DNA of 64,000 bases from a virus, in IMG/VR virus record IMGVR_UViG_3300027908_000006, positions 1 through 64,000 of that record; one strand, 5' to 3'. A program made the translations under genes and the position numbers. The notes below the pieces were generated by a model that was not told the DNA's origin, ran no database searches, and worked only from the letters and a program-made list of their open reading frames with translations. This document shows positions 26,426-35,610 of the stretch, piece by piece (position 1 is the first letter of the stretch; each line of letters starts with the position of its first letter).

Positions 26426-26907
26426 TGCTTAGTCCAGCTGGCTTGTTTTTGCAGACTGAATTACTCAATGACCCGCTCGGCATCGGCTATGCCACGATGA
26501 CTGATGCTCAGATCGTGGCATCATTGAATGCTACAACCATCGCCGTACTCGGCAGCGTTCCCATGTCACAAGTGTTGATATGGGCAGCGCCGTCCGTGCT
26601 GGGTCTGGTCAACGCCGGGCAGACGCAGGCGACAGCCATTAGTGGTGTACCAGCAGAGATGGTTCAAAGCATCTGTCAGGCCGCGATCAAGATGCTTAAT
26701 ATGTCCGAACCGCTGGACCTCACGAATCCTGCGATCAACGGAGGTAGCGGGATGCTTCAGGTGTTGGTCGCCATCGGGTTCGTCACGCCGACTCAGCTGG
26801 CTGCCTTGCTGGCGCTGGGCACGACCTACACCAGTCGCGCTTTGTCTCTGACTGGTTGGGGTGTCCACGTTCAGATTCTTGACGTGCAAGCCGCACGAGG
26901 TTCTTGA
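26422..26907 (+). CDS. Hypothetical protein (fibre-associated)
   Basis: Start overlaps the upstream stop; 161 aa. Confidence 0.4.
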   Translation: MMLSPAGLFLQTELLNDPLGIGYATMTDAQIVASLNATTIAVLGSVPMSQVLIWAAPSVLGLVNAGQTQATAISGVPAEMVQSICQAAIKMLNMSEPLDLTNPAINGGSGMLQVLVAIGFVTPTQLAALLALGTTYTSRALSLTGWGVHVQILDVQAARGS

Positions 26908-27605
26908 TGATTGCCAAGCCAATTAGCCCCATGTTGCAGCGCCAGAAGCCGGTAACCAACGGCCTCGCCCTCGGTCTGCCGTTCACTGAAGGCAGCGGCA
27001 CGACGGTCTATGACCAGAGCGGCAACGGCAACAATGGGACGCTCAGCGGCGGCGTGACGTGGACGGGCGGGCCGAGCGGCTGGACTTTGAACTTCAATGG
27101 CAGCACGGGCTACGTCACTTACCCACTGGCCAAAGCCGCACCGGCGCTCAGTAAATTCACGTTGATGACGTGGTTCGGGTGCAACGCCTTGACCGGCACA
27201 TACCAGATGATTATTAGCGTGACCACGACCGGCAACCCAACCGAATTGCGGCTATTAGGCAACACCACCCGACTCGAATTGTCGATGGGCAGCACGGGCG
27301 ACTTGATCCTGGCCGGTTCCCTGAGTCTAAAAACGTGGTATCACCTGACGGCGACCTACGATGGGACAAACATCCTGCTTTACGTCAATGGCGCGTTGCA
27401 GGGATCAGGAACTTACACGGGGGCGATTTCCAACACCACGAACCCTTGCGTCATCGGCGGTCGCGCGGGGTCGTTCTTCGTCAACGGGATGATTGACACG
27501 CCGAAAATATACAACCGCGCCCTGTCACCAGCCGAGATCGCCGCCGACTACTTTGACAGCGCCGCCATCTACCGGCGGAAGTCGCTGCTGCGGAGGATCG
27601 CATAG
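26904..27605 (+). CDS. LamG-domain protein
   Basis: GNNGTLSGGVTWTGG, WYHLTATYDG, IDTPKIYNRALSPAEIAADY: Laminin_G_3-type pattern. Confidence 0.6.
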   Translation: MMIAKPISPMLQRQKPVTNGLALGLPFTEGSGTTVYDQSGNGNNGTLSGGVTWTGGPSGWTLNFNGSTGYVTYPLAKAAPALSKFTLMTWFGCNALTGTYQMIISVTTTGNPTELRLLGNTTRLELSMGSTGDLILAGSLSLKTWYHLTATYDGTNILLYVNGALQGSGTYTGAISNTTNPCVIGGRAGSFFVNGMIDTPKIYNRALSPAEIAADYFDSAAIYRRKSLLRRIA

Positions 27606-27728
27606 GGCGCGGCGGCACTAGCTGCGTTAGAGAATAGATTATGCACCTAACATGGCTATACCTCTTCTTTTTCCAGCCGCCGGGCTGATTCAGAACATGG
27701 CCAAGTGCGTCGGTATCCCTCTACCGTG

Positions 27729-27974
27729 ATGGGAAAAGAGGCAGCATTTCGGGCGGGAAGGAGCATTAGAGTGAATGAGACACAACAACGACTGGAAAAG
27801 ACCGCTCTGGACGACGCCTACCAGAGCGGGATACGGCAACTGTTCTCCGTGCTGCTGGACGATTGGGGTGACGATAGGTGCTTGCCTGCTTTCGGGAAAG
27901 GCTTGCAAGAGTTGCGGGATGCCTACGACACGGCCCGTGAGCGTATGGGCATCAAGGCGACGAACGGAGGGTGA
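27729..27974 (+). CDS. Hypothetical protein
   Basis: ATG 27729 after an AT-richer gap (27606-27728); 81 aa. Confidence 0.35.
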   Translation: MGKEAAFRAGRSIRVNETQQRLEKTALDDAYQSGIRQLFSVLLDDWGDDRCLPAFGKGLQELRDAYDTARERMGIKATNGG

Positions 27975-27977
27975 GCG

Positions 27978-28442
27978 ATGGGCGACATCAGCATGAACGG
28001 GGCGACGCTGGCCGTTGTCAGCGGCATCATCGGCGCTATCGTGTTGGCGTTGACGACAATATTCCGGTTGTACGTTGCGGCGCTCCAGAACCAAATCAGC
28101 GACTTGAAAGAGCGACTAGCCTCCATGCAAAAGCTCGCGGAGAAGAACGTCGATGAGTGGAAGGACGCAGCTAAAGCGGAACTGGCCTCGAAGGGTATGA
28201 CTGGGGCAGCGCTCTTGGCCGCTGTGCCTGCGAGTCACAATTCTCCCGTGTCCGAGCAGCAGCAATTCGCGGCTGATTTCGAGAGTTTGAAGGCTCAGCA
28301 GATCGCCGCGGAACTGGCTCTGACGCAAGCCATCACAAATTCTGATACAATACCCACGACCCCTCAGTCCGTAAGGATAGACGAAATCAGTCCAAAGGCG
28401 GCGGCAGCGATCGCGGAAGCGGCGAAGGAGAAGCAACCGTGA
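27978..28442 (+). CDS. Membrane-anchored coiled-coil protein (holin/spanin-like, tentative)
   Basis: GGAGGG RBS. N-terminal TM segment LAVVSGIIGAIVLALTTIF, then a coiled coil. Confidence 0.4.
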   Translation: MGDISMNGATLAVVSGIIGAIVLALTTIFRLYVAALQNQISDLKERLASMQKLAEKNVDEWKDAAKAELASKGMTGAALLAAVPASHNSPVSEQQQFAADFESLKAQQIAAELALTQAITNSDTIPTTPQSVRIDEISPKAAAAIAEAAKEKQP

Positions 28443-28449
28443 GGTCGCT

Positions 28450-28653
28450 ATGGGTAGGAAGCTCACCGACGAACCGCGGTACAAGATTATCCGCCGGGTA
28501 ACCACGGACGAGCCGCCGCTGATGATCGGTGAGAATCTGATGGAACAGGCGATCCGAACCTTCTACGTCAACCGGCAGCGGATACTGAGCGAACAGGAGA
28601 AGAGCTGTGAGCGCACAGATTCGGGAATTTCAACGAAAGACCATTTGTCGTGA
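28450..28653 (+). CDS. Hypothetical protein
   Basis: 67 aa. Overlaps the next ORF by 47 nt, so one of the two starts is uncertain. Confidence 0.3.
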   Translation: MGRKLTDEPRYKIIRRVTTDEPPLMIGENLMEQAIRTFYVNRQRILSEQEKSCERTDSGISTKDHLS

Positions 28654-28819
28654 TTGTCCTTTCGCGGCGGGCAAACCGTCTGGGGACGTATCGGCAGCTA
28701 AGGAACCAGGCGATCCAGTCGTGATGCTCTGTCACGAGAGCGGTAGTCTGGACGGCACGGGGCCTGACATGGTGTGCAAGGGGTTCACTGACGCACAATC
28801 CTACGGGAACAAAACATGA
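28607..28819 (+). CDS. Small Cys-rich protein
   Basis: CRDCPF...LCHES...VCKGF cysteine pattern; 70 aa. Confidence 0.35.
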   Translation: MSAQIREFQRKTICRDCPFAAGKPSGDVSAAKEPGDPVVMLCHESGSLDGTGPDMVCKGFTDAQSYGNKT

Positions 28820-29031
28820 GCAATAACCCCACATTGGCCGACGATGAACGGCAGATCGTGAAGGCGTTGGAAGGTATCGAGGCGAGGCTCGACGCGCAGA
28901 ACGTGCTACTGAGCAGTGCGGTGACGGCGCTGGCCTCTATCGCGTCCTCACTGGCCTCTATCGCGGCAGAGGATCAGCCGTCACCGCAGACGCCTTCCGG
29001 TCTCGACATCTCTCCGACAGTCGGGAGTTGA
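28816..29031 (+). CDS. Hypothetical protein
   Basis: ATGA overlap; 71 aa with an Ala/Ser-rich helix. Confidence 0.4.
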   Translation: MSNNPTLADDERQIVKALEGIEARLDAQNVLLSSAVTALASIASSLASIAAEDQPSPQTPSGLDISPTVGS

Positions 29032-29080
29032 TAGAATGGATCCAAGACGAAAGTTCTTTTTCTACCAAGGAGTCTCGAAC

Positions 29081-29470
29081 ATGCCAAAGACCATCAAGGC
29101 CAATCTCTACCCGAAGTCCGCGAAGAAGAAGGCCGAACCGCCGGTACAGCTGACGGCGGACACGACCGGGATCGTGTTCACGACCTTGGATCAGAACGGC
29201 AACCCGATGAATCCTCCTCCAGCGCCGACAGACGTGACGACTGATTTGACCGTGGACAACGTGGTTCCCGGCGTCGTCGTCGCTCCCGGTGCGGACGATC
29301 TGCACTTCACGGTCACGTTTCCGGCCAATTCGACCGGGACGTTCACACTGACGGGTACTGAGACGTACAACGCGCCGACGCCGGGTTCCCCGTTCACTAA
29401 CCAGCTGCCGTGTATCTGCCCCGTGCCGCCGTTGCAAGTGCCGACGACGTTGCAGATTTCCTTACAGTAG
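29081..29470 (+). CDS. Hypothetical protein
   Basis: ATG 29081 preceded by AAGGAG; 129 aa. Confidence 0.45.
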   Translation: MPKTIKANLYPKSAKKKAEPPVQLTADTTGIVFTTLDQNGNPMNPPPAPTDVTTDLTVDNVVPGVVVAPGADDLHFTVTFPANSTGTFTLTGTETYNAPTPGSPFTNQLPCICPVPPLQVPTTLQISLQ

Positions 29471-29589
29471 CGTACACCGTCCTCGGGCGCGAACGGTGTG
29501 CCTGTCACCAACCCGACAGGCGGCCCGGCTTCTCCGATAGGGCGACGGAGGGCCGGGCCATTGCTTCTCTTGCGAAAGACAGGTGCAAC

Positions 29590-29808
29590 GTGATTCGGGC
29601 TGCCGGTGTGTTTCTGCTCGGTTGTTTGATGCTCATGATAATCCTTTACGGATTACACGAGGTCATTCCGATGCTCGGATTGCCAGCTGAGATAGCCCAT
29701 TTCGCCACAGTCATCTTCGGCATTTTGGGTTTGTTGTGCTTGTGCTATCTCGCCTGGCGCGTCTTCTCCGCTGGTGGACCTCCCGGTGGTCCGCCGTCGA
29801 TCTGGTGA
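29590..29808 (+). CDS. Small membrane protein (holin candidate)
   Basis: GTG 29590. Two hydrophobic helices (AGVFLLGCLMLMIILYG, VIFGILGLLCLCYLAW). Confidence 0.4.
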   Translation: MIRAAGVFLLGCLMLMIILYGLHEVIPMLGLPAEIAHFATVIFGILGLLCLCYLAWRVFSAGGPPGGPPSIW

Positions 29809-29908
29809 GCCATGAGCGATGCCGACTTCTATTACTGGACGACAATCGTTCTGTTCGCCATCTCACTCGGCTTCGCCGGCAGTGGACTGTCGATTTAGTA
29901 GGTGTGAC

Positions 29909-30079
29909 ATGACCGACGGCGACACATCAGTATTATCCCAGACAGTTACGGCGATCCTGTTTGTCCTCGCCGTCTTCTTTTTCGCCATGTGGAAAACAGC
30001 GGAGGCGGAAAAGGAAGCTTTGAAAGCTCTTATTCTGAAAGATTCGAGCGAAGAAGTGGAGGCCGACGAAGAGAAATGA
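29909..30079 (+). CDS. Small membrane protein
   Basis: 56 aa; one TM segment (VTAILFVLAVFFFAMW) and an acidic tail. Confidence 0.4.
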   Translation: MTDGDTSVLSQTVTAILFVLAVFFFAMWKTAEAEKEALKALILKDSSEEVEADEEK

Positions 30080-30372
30080 GCAACGGGATACCACAACCCG
30101 CACAGTCCGAAACGCCCGTCAACGGTATGACCGGTTTGCTGGCCAAGATCGCACAGGGCACGGCAGTCGGCGGCATCACGGTCATGCTGTTCGTGGACGT
30201 GATATACCTCGGGCCGCAACGCGAGCAACGTGCCATGCAGATGTTCCAACAGCAACAAGAGCAAGCTGACGCGCGGTACGACCGGCTCCTGTCAGAGATC
30301 GTGACGAACCAAAACATCGCCCGGCAGAACAAGCAGGCGCTTCAGAAGATCGACGCGAAGACGCCGCCGTAA
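30076..30372 (+). CDS. Small membrane protein
   Basis: ATGA overlap. TM segment GTAVGGITVMLFVDVIYLG, then a coiled coil. Confidence 0.4.
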   Translation: MSNGIPQPAQSETPVNGMTGLLAKIAQGTAVGGITVMLFVDVIYLGPQREQRAMQMFQQQQEQADARYDRLLSEIVTNQNIARQNKQALQKIDAKTPP

Positions 30373-30379
30373 GGGGAAC

Positions 30380-30649
30380 GTGACCATGAAGACCAGCCAA
30401 GAAGAATTGCTCAAGCGGATTGCGGACCTCGAAGAACGGCTGGCGCGTTCGGAGGCGCGTATCGCTTATCTGGAGGCACGGCCAGTGTATCCGGTGATCT
30501 TCTATCCGCAATCGCTGCCGCCTCTGTATCCGCAACCGCCACTGTGCGTGTGGTATCTGGCCACCAATGCTTCGCCTCCGAGCGTGCCCACCGGGTTGCT
30601 CTCAGGCATTCGGAACCACATGGAAATGACCGCGCGATGCGGCGGGTGA
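30380..30649 (+). CDS. Hypothetical protein
   Basis: 89 aa; N-terminal coiled coil, Pro-rich middle. Confidence 0.4.
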   Translation: MTMKTSQEELLKRIADLEERLARSEARIAYLEARPVYPVIFYPQSLPPLYPQPPLCVWYLATNASPPSVPTGLLSGIRNHMEMTARCGG

Positions 30650-30840
30650 AAACCGTGATGGGATGTCTCGGTTGGCTGATCGTGATTCCGTACCTGCTGC
30701 TGCACGATCTGTGGCAGGGGATATTGCACGGTTCTCGCTGTCCGGCGTGCTACGGCATAAAGATCGAGAATACAGAGGTAGCGGGCGTATTCCGGCGGTG
30801 TCACCTGTGCAACGGGAGAGGACGGTTGCGATGCGATTGA
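30646..30840 (+). CDS. Small membrane protein with CxxC...CxxC knuckle
   Basis: GTGA overlap. TM segment GCLGWLIVIPYLLL, then CPACYG...CHLCNGRG. Confidence 0.35.
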   Translation: MKTVMGCLGWLIVIPYLLLHDLWQGILHGSRCPACYGIKIENTEVAGVFRRCHLCNGRGRLRCD

Positions 30841-31127
30841 TGGAGTTGGACCCGCATTGGACGTGCGACGATTTGACCCGACACGGAATGGGCATCTCGT
30901 TCGACTGTCCTATTCACCGAACGCATCGGTTGGCGGTAGCTTTCGCCAATCCTGTTGACGGTGGCAAGAGGATGGAAGGGTGTAAGTATCATTGGAATCG
31001 CACCGGGGAAACCTTTGACACCCTGACGCTTGGCCCGTCCATCGACGCTTCCGGTTTCACGACGGGAACGCATGACGTGGTAACACCTTGCTGGCATGGT
31101 TTTATCAGGAATGGTGCAATCGAATGA
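30840..31127 (+). CDS. Hypothetical protein
   Basis: TGATG overlap. The TLTLGPSIDASG...CWHGFIRNGAI end resembles a recurrent phage family of unknown function. Confidence 0.4.
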   Translation: MELDPHWTCDDLTRHGMGISFDCPIHRTHRLAVAFANPVDGGKRMEGCKYHWNRTGETFDTLTLGPSIDASGFTTGTHDVVTPCWHGFIRNGAIE

Positions 31128-31573
31128 CTAATCCCGAAGACCTCCCCGACCTGATCGACCATCTTGACACGGAGTCAGGCGGCACGTTGACGCCGGAAGA
31201 GCTTCACCAACGGGTGCGGGACGTTGTGATACATGGAGCGCCGATACCACGAAAGCCGCCGAATTGGTTTACACGCCGCCACCGCGATCCGCTGAACCCG
31301 CCGTACTTCGCATGGGTCGGGGAACTTCCCTTCGTTTGTATTATGGCGCACTGCCTCTGCGCCGCTGTGGTGGTAGAGTTCGCGGCCCATTGGGGCGGAA
31401 TGTGGTGGCCGTGTGGTGCTGTCCTTACCGTAGCTGCCTGGAAAGAGTTCTGGCTCGACCTTCAGCCGTGGTGGGAGGGCGACTCCTATCAGGATGGTGT
31501 GTACGACTGGCTGGAATACCTGCTCGGCTGCATCCTGGGGATCATCTTGTGCTGTCTGAGGGGGCCATCATGA
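31124..31573 (+). CDS. Membrane protein
   Basis: ATGA overlap; several hydrophobic helices in the C-terminal half. Confidence 0.4.
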   Translation: MTNPEDLPDLIDHLDTESGGTLTPEELHQRVRDVVIHGAPIPRKPPNWFTRRHRDPLNPPYFAWVGELPFVCIMAHCLCAAVVVEFAAHWGGMWWPCGAVLTVAAWKEFWLDLQPWWEGDSYQDGVYDWLEYLLGCILGIILCCLRGPS

Positions 31574-31677
31574 GAGCGACCGAGTTCCTGCTGCTGCTGG
31601 CCGTCGTGCTGTGGCTCGAAATCGGGCTGCAATGGGCGGTGTTCGCGGTGTTGCTGCTGACGGGGGTGGCGCGATGA
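31570..31677 (+). CDS. Very small membrane protein
   Basis: 35 aa, almost entirely hydrophobic; ATGA overlaps at both ends. Confidence 0.3.
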   Translation: MRATEFLLLLAVVLWLEIGLQWAVFAVLLLTGVAR

Positions 31678-32036
31678 GTGCCGTGACGCTGACGATGCTG
31701 GATCAGACAACCAAGGTCGCCGATCTTGACGTTTCCTCCGACCCTGCCGCCCTTGTTTGTGGTAGCAGGGTATTTACGCGGCAACCAGCGTATGGGTCGG
31801 GCATCTTCTACAACGAAGTGTCGGCGATGGTGATTGATTTGTCGCCGAAAACCCTTGGCGTATTTGAGCTTCGGCAAATGCTGCTTACGCTCTCGTGGAA
31901 GACGTTACGGGTTTTCCACGTCAAGGAAGAAGCCGTCAAGCGTTGGACGGAATGCTATAAGGAAGACCCGCTGGGGCATTACGGCGTTGTGGACATGGCC
32001 AGCGGCGAATACATACCAGAAGCGATGCCGATATGA
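31674..32036 (+). CDS. Hypothetical protein
   Basis: ATGA overlap; 120 aa. Confidence 0.4.
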   Translation: MSAVTLTMLDQTTKVADLDVSSDPAALVCGSRVFTRQPAYGSGIFYNEVSAMVIDLSPKTLGVFELRQMLLTLSWKTLRVFHVKEEAVKRWTECYKEDPLGHYGVVDMASGEYIPEAMPI

Positions 32037-32067
32037 GTGCGATGTTGCTGCTGGCGGGAGTGGCGTA

Positions 32068-32391
32068 ATGAACTGCACCAACTGTGGCCACACACGAGAG
32101 CAACACTCCAACGGCAACGCTTGCACCGTCTGCGATTGCCAATGGTTTATGGCGCCGCCCTACTTCCCTGACCAACAGAGACACATGGCTCCTTACGTCT
32201 ACTGGACCGCAATCGCTCTGGTGTTCTGGTCTATCGCCGGGGCCGGGGCGTGCAATTTCGTACTGTGGTTGGCTGGGCGAGAAACGATCAGTGCGTACCT
32301 GAGACTGAACCCGTTGTATTTCATCCTGCCCGTGGGAGCAACGGTGTTGTTCTTAGGGGTGTTGTCCCTACACCTAATTTATAACGGGTGA
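32068..32391 (+). CDS. Membrane protein with N-terminal Cys/His knuckle
   Basis: CTNCGH...CTVCDC, then three hydrophobic helices. Confidence 0.4.
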   Translation: MNCTNCGHTREQHSNGNACTVCDCQWFMAPPYFPDQQRHMAPYVYWTAIALVFWSIAGAGACNFVLWLAGRETISAYLRLNPLYFILPVGATVLFLGVLSLHLIYNG

Positions 32392-32445
32392 GCCGTGACT
32401 TTCGACGATATCCATCGCCCCCTATCCCAAAACAAAGGAGCATCC

Positions 32446-33744
32446 ATGAAGCGTGTGATTCTGTTCTCTCCTGTTATCGCTTTCGTGTTCGTCGCGTTGT
32501 CGTTCGTCGATGCCCGGCAGGACGTTGAGAAGAAAGTGCCCGGCTGCTGCCCCGGCGTCCAACAGGTTGCCCAGGTCGATCCGAAGAAGGCCGACGACAA
32601 GGCCAAGCCAAAGGCCGACCTCAAGAAGCACGGCCGCGGTTTCAAGTTGCCACCGAAGCATGTCCGCGACGCGATCCACCGCATCAGCGAGGCGAAGTAC
32701 GGTCACATTCGCAAGGCGTTGCCGGTTGCCACGGCAGCGGTCTATGACGCCCGCGTGCAAGGTGTCATTCCGCCCGTGGGCAATCAAGACGGCTGCGGTG
32801 ACTGCTACATGTGGTCAGGCTGTAAGGCTGGCGCGTCGGCACAGATGGTTGCGGGAGTCGTGCCGAAGGATGGCAAGTTTATGCTCGCGCCGTCTTTCGG
32901 CCTCGACTGTCACCCAGAGCTAGGAGGTTGTGATGGAGGCGACGAGCAACAGGTTGCTCAGCTGATTGCCAGTGCTGGCTGGCCGTCTGTGGCTCAGTAT
33001 GGTGGCGACGGCTACACACCGGGAACTTGCAAGCCGACGACAGGCATGACGCTGTACACGCTGTCATCCGTGATGATGGTCAGTCCGTCGTCGGGAATCG
33101 CGTCAACCCAGGACATCAAAAACGCGATTCAGGCATACGGCTTTTGCAGCATCGCGGCGGCGGCTGGCAGTGATTGGGACAACCTCGGCGGCGGCTGCAC
33201 GATCACCGGCAGCAGCACGGACATCAACCACGCGATTGGCTATGTTGGGTGGGACGACAACCATGACAACGGGGATGGTTCCAAGGGAGCTGGCATCATG
33301 CAGAACAATTGGGACACCAGTTGGGGCTGCAACTGTGCCAACACAGTCAATCCGAATCCGTCCGAGCCGGGTGGATATGCTTGGGTGAAGTGGGGTGCTG
33401 ACTCCGCAGGGACCGAAGCGTTCGTCTGCATCGCTGCCGCTGGACCTGTCCCGCCGCAACCGCCAGTGCCTCCCGTGCCGCCGATTCCCCCAACCCCGCC
33501 GACGCCGGGTATGAACCCCATCGTGTCGATCGTGGCGACGTTCCAAGATGGGACGACGCAGACGCTCATGGGTGTGCCAACGCCGGGCACGACCATCACG
33601 CCGACGACGACGTTGCAACAGCTGCTCGACATGATGCAGAAACCAATGGCGCCGCCGAAGAAGCCGGGACAAACCATGCTGGATCGACAACTGGAGTACA
33701 ACCGGCGCGAGTTGGAAGAGTCATTCGCCCCGGTGAAGCCATGA
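32446..33744 (+). CDS. Secreted papain-family (C1-like) cysteine protease
   Basis: AAAGGAG RBS and signal peptide MKRVILFSPVIAFVFVALSFVDA. Catalytic-type motifs NQDGCGDCYMWS (Cys), INHAIGYVGWDD (His) and MQNNWDTSWG (Asn/Trp). Followed by a PVPPQPPVPPVPPIPPTPPTPG linker and a short C-terminal domain. Confidence 0.65.
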   Translation: MKRVILFSPVIAFVFVALSFVDARQDVEKKVPGCCPGVQQVAQVDPKKADDKAKPKADLKKHGRGFKLPPKHVRDAIHRISEAKYGHIRKALPVATAAVYDARVQGVIPPVGNQDGCGDCYMWSGCKAGASAQMVAGVVPKDGKFMLAPSFGLDCHPELGGCDGGDEQQVAQLIASAGWPSVAQYGGDGYTPGTCKPTTGMTLYTLSSVMMVSPSSGIASTQDIKNAIQAYGFCSIAAAAGSDWDNLGGGCTITGSSTDINHAIGYVGWDDNHDNGDGSKGAGIMQNNWDTSWGCNCANTVNPNPSEPGGYAWVKWGADSAGTEAFVCIAAAGPVPPQPPVPPVPPIPPTPPTPGMNPIVSIVATFQDGTTQTLMGVPTPGTTITPTTTLQQLLDMMQKPMAPPKKPGQTMLDRQLEYNRRELEESFAPVKP

Positions 33745-33944
33745 AATGTGGCATCAAACACGGATTCGGAGATCAAACTTGCATCCGCGAAAAAGGACAC
33801 GACGGACTGTGCCGATGCAAAGCTGAGCGCGGGCATACAGGAACCATCACCTACAGCGAGTGGGTTTCCAAGGATGGCAAGTTTCACCGGCACGTTGGCT
33901 ACCAGACCACTTATCCAAAGAATGCGGTGAAGCATGACCGATGA
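33741..33944 (+). CDS. Small Cys/His-rich protein
   Basis: ATGA overlap; 67 aa. Confidence 0.35.
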   Translation: MKCGIKHGFGDQTCIREKGHDGLCRCKAERGHTGTITYSEWVSKDGKFHRHVGYQTTYPKNAVKHDR

Positions 33945-34299
33945 ATTGCTGGGCAAGCTCCGTCTCTTGGAGTTCAAGTGCCGCGACCGCTGGGAACGTG
34001 CTGCTGCTGCGATGCAAGAGGCAAGCAAGGGCGTCACGGCATACCCCCATACTCAGGATGAGATGGAGCAGCTTGAAATTGACATGCTCTGGACACAAGC
34101 GGACTTGGCCCGTGCGGAGGATGAGGCCCAGGACGACGCTCCGTGCCCCACGACGCCGGTCAACACGCTGACCACGACGATTTCGCTGTCAGGCAGTTAT
34201 TATCCAACCGAAGGAACCGAATTGAAATTCGGAGAGGCGTTGCCGGCGGGGAACTACGACGTGACCTTCACGCCGATTCCATCGGAGGCTGGAGCATGA
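33934..34299 (+). CDS. Hypothetical protein
   Basis: 121 aa with an N-terminal coiled coil. Confidence 0.4.
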   Translation: MTDELLGKLRLLEFKCRDRWERAAAAMQEASKGVTAYPHTQDEMEQLEIDMLWTQADLARAEDEAQDDAPCPTTPVNTLTTTISLSGSYYPTEGTELKFGEALPAGNYDVTFTPIPSEAGA

Positions 34300-34931
34300 C
34301 GCTACCATTCTATTGTGTGACCTGCAACCACATGCGCACCGACCACGTTGAGGGTGCGGGCGCGTGCCAGTGGGTGGATCGTGCGGACCACCAGTGTACC
34401 TGTCAGAAATTTGTCTCGCCCTTTCTCGAAGGAGCAGCCAAAGACGATTTGCTAATGGCGGCGTGTCATACCGTGGCCGCTCGGTGTCTCTCGCCGTTTC
34501 GAGCAGACGAGCAAGCCCTCAACCAAGCAACTTCATTGATTTACGATTTTGTTACCAGTCACATGACCGGACATTCACCACTACTCGAAGGAGATTCCAT
34601 GCAAGCTACCGCTTCCCAAGCGTCCGAGTTGAAATCCAAGCACGGCGCGTCGGACGCGCAGGTGTCCGCCATCGCCTCCAAGCTGGCCGTCGTGCCGGGG
34701 TTCTCGTGGACGGCGCTACTCGCGTTCCTGTCCGCAGTGGCGTCCGGGACTCCGACGCTGCAAGAATTCTTGGCGATCTTCGGCCTCGGCGGAAACTGCT
34801 CCATCGCCGATTGCTGCAAGGTCGCTCTCGCGTTCCCGACGTTCAATTGGGCGCTGTTCGTCGCCTATTTGCAGGCCGTGAGCAACGGCACGGCGACGTT
34901 GGCGATGTTCCTGGCAATTTTTTCCTTGTGA
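34296..34931 (+). CDS. Hypothetical protein with an internal duplication
   Basis: ATGA overlap. Cys/His N-terminus, then two similar segments (PGFSWTALLAFLSAVASGTPTLQEFLAIFGL / PTFNWALFVAYLQAVSNGTATLAMFLAIFSL). Confidence 0.4.
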   Translation: MTLPFYCVTCNHMRTDHVEGAGACQWVDRADHQCTCQKFVSPFLEGAAKDDLLMAACHTVAARCLSPFRADEQALNQATSLIYDFVTSHMTGHSPLLEGDSMQATASQASELKSKHGASDAQVSAIASKLAVVPGFSWTALLAFLSAVASGTPTLQEFLAIFGLGGNCSIADCCKVALAFPTFNWALFVAYLQAVSNGTATLAMFLAIFSL

Positions 34932-34950
34932 AGCGGCCCCGAGGTGAAAA

Positions 34951-35166
34951 ATGCTCTACACCTTCGTGACGCAACCGGACAACCAATGCCTCGTGGGGCC
35001 GATCCCGCCCGCGAGCGGCCCGTACCTGTTCACCAATCTAGACGGCGTGACTGTGGGGAAGTACCTGCTCTTCGCCACGCAAACCGTCAACCTGTACTAC
35101 CTGCTGCCGTTCGCGGGAGTTGCCCCGCTCAAGGACGGCGAGTACAGTTTGGAGCCTGTGCTATGA
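34951..35166 (+). CDS. Hypothetical protein
   Basis: 71 aa. Confidence 0.35.
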   Translation: MLYTFVTQPDNQCLVGPIPPASGPYLFTNLDGVTVGKYLLFATQTVNLYYLLPFAGVAPLKDGEYSLEPVL

Positions 35167-35384
35167 GAGCGATCATCAATGCCCTGCTGTTCCTTCTATA
35201 CCTACCGCTGGCTCCGGGGCTATGGTTGTTTTGCCGATTGACTGCTCAGCGATGCCCAAACTGTGTATCGAAGTGGCGAACCGAGCTTATTGGTGAATGG
35301 GGCGACGAGGATTGGCATTGTCACAACTGCGGGCAATTCTGGTCTGTGCCTTATGCAACTTCGCCAATTGATCCACCTGTTTAG
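35163..35384 (+). CDS. Small membrane protein with zinc ribbon
   Basis: ATGA overlap. TM segment INALLFLLYLPLAPGLWLF, then CPNC...CHNCG. Confidence 0.4.
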   Translation: MRAIINALLFLLYLPLAPGLWLFCRLTAQRCPNCVSKWRTELIGEWGDEDWHCHNCGQFWSVPYATSPIDPPV

Positions 35385-35488
35385 CTGGAACCTCGCAGGT
35401 GGTTTGTTTCCGAAAGGCGGGTGATGTGTAGTGGAACGGCTTGCAAAGATCAATCAGCGTAATAAGCCTGGTTCAATTGAGTAGATTC

Positions 35489-35542
35489 GCCGCCGGGATG
35501 CCGTACGAGTTGAGGATTGTTTCCTCAGTGTCCCGGCGGCGA
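35489..35542. repeat. Inverted repeat / hairpin upstream of tnpB
   Basis: CGCCGCCGGGA (35489-35499) and TCCCGGCGGCG (35532-35542): an 11-bp perfect stem with a 32-nt loop and no T tract. Confidence 0.8.
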
Positions 35543-35610
35543 TGACTTTCCTCGAAAGGAAGCGAGTTACTGACCTGTCTTTTATTAACAGATTGTGTTA
35601 GTCTCTAACT

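Noticed and set aside
35489-35542. Reading the inverted repeat upstream of tnpB as a rho-independent terminator of the late operon
   Set aside because: The loop is 32 nt and there is no T tract on either strand. It is kept only as a candidate IS end or structural element.
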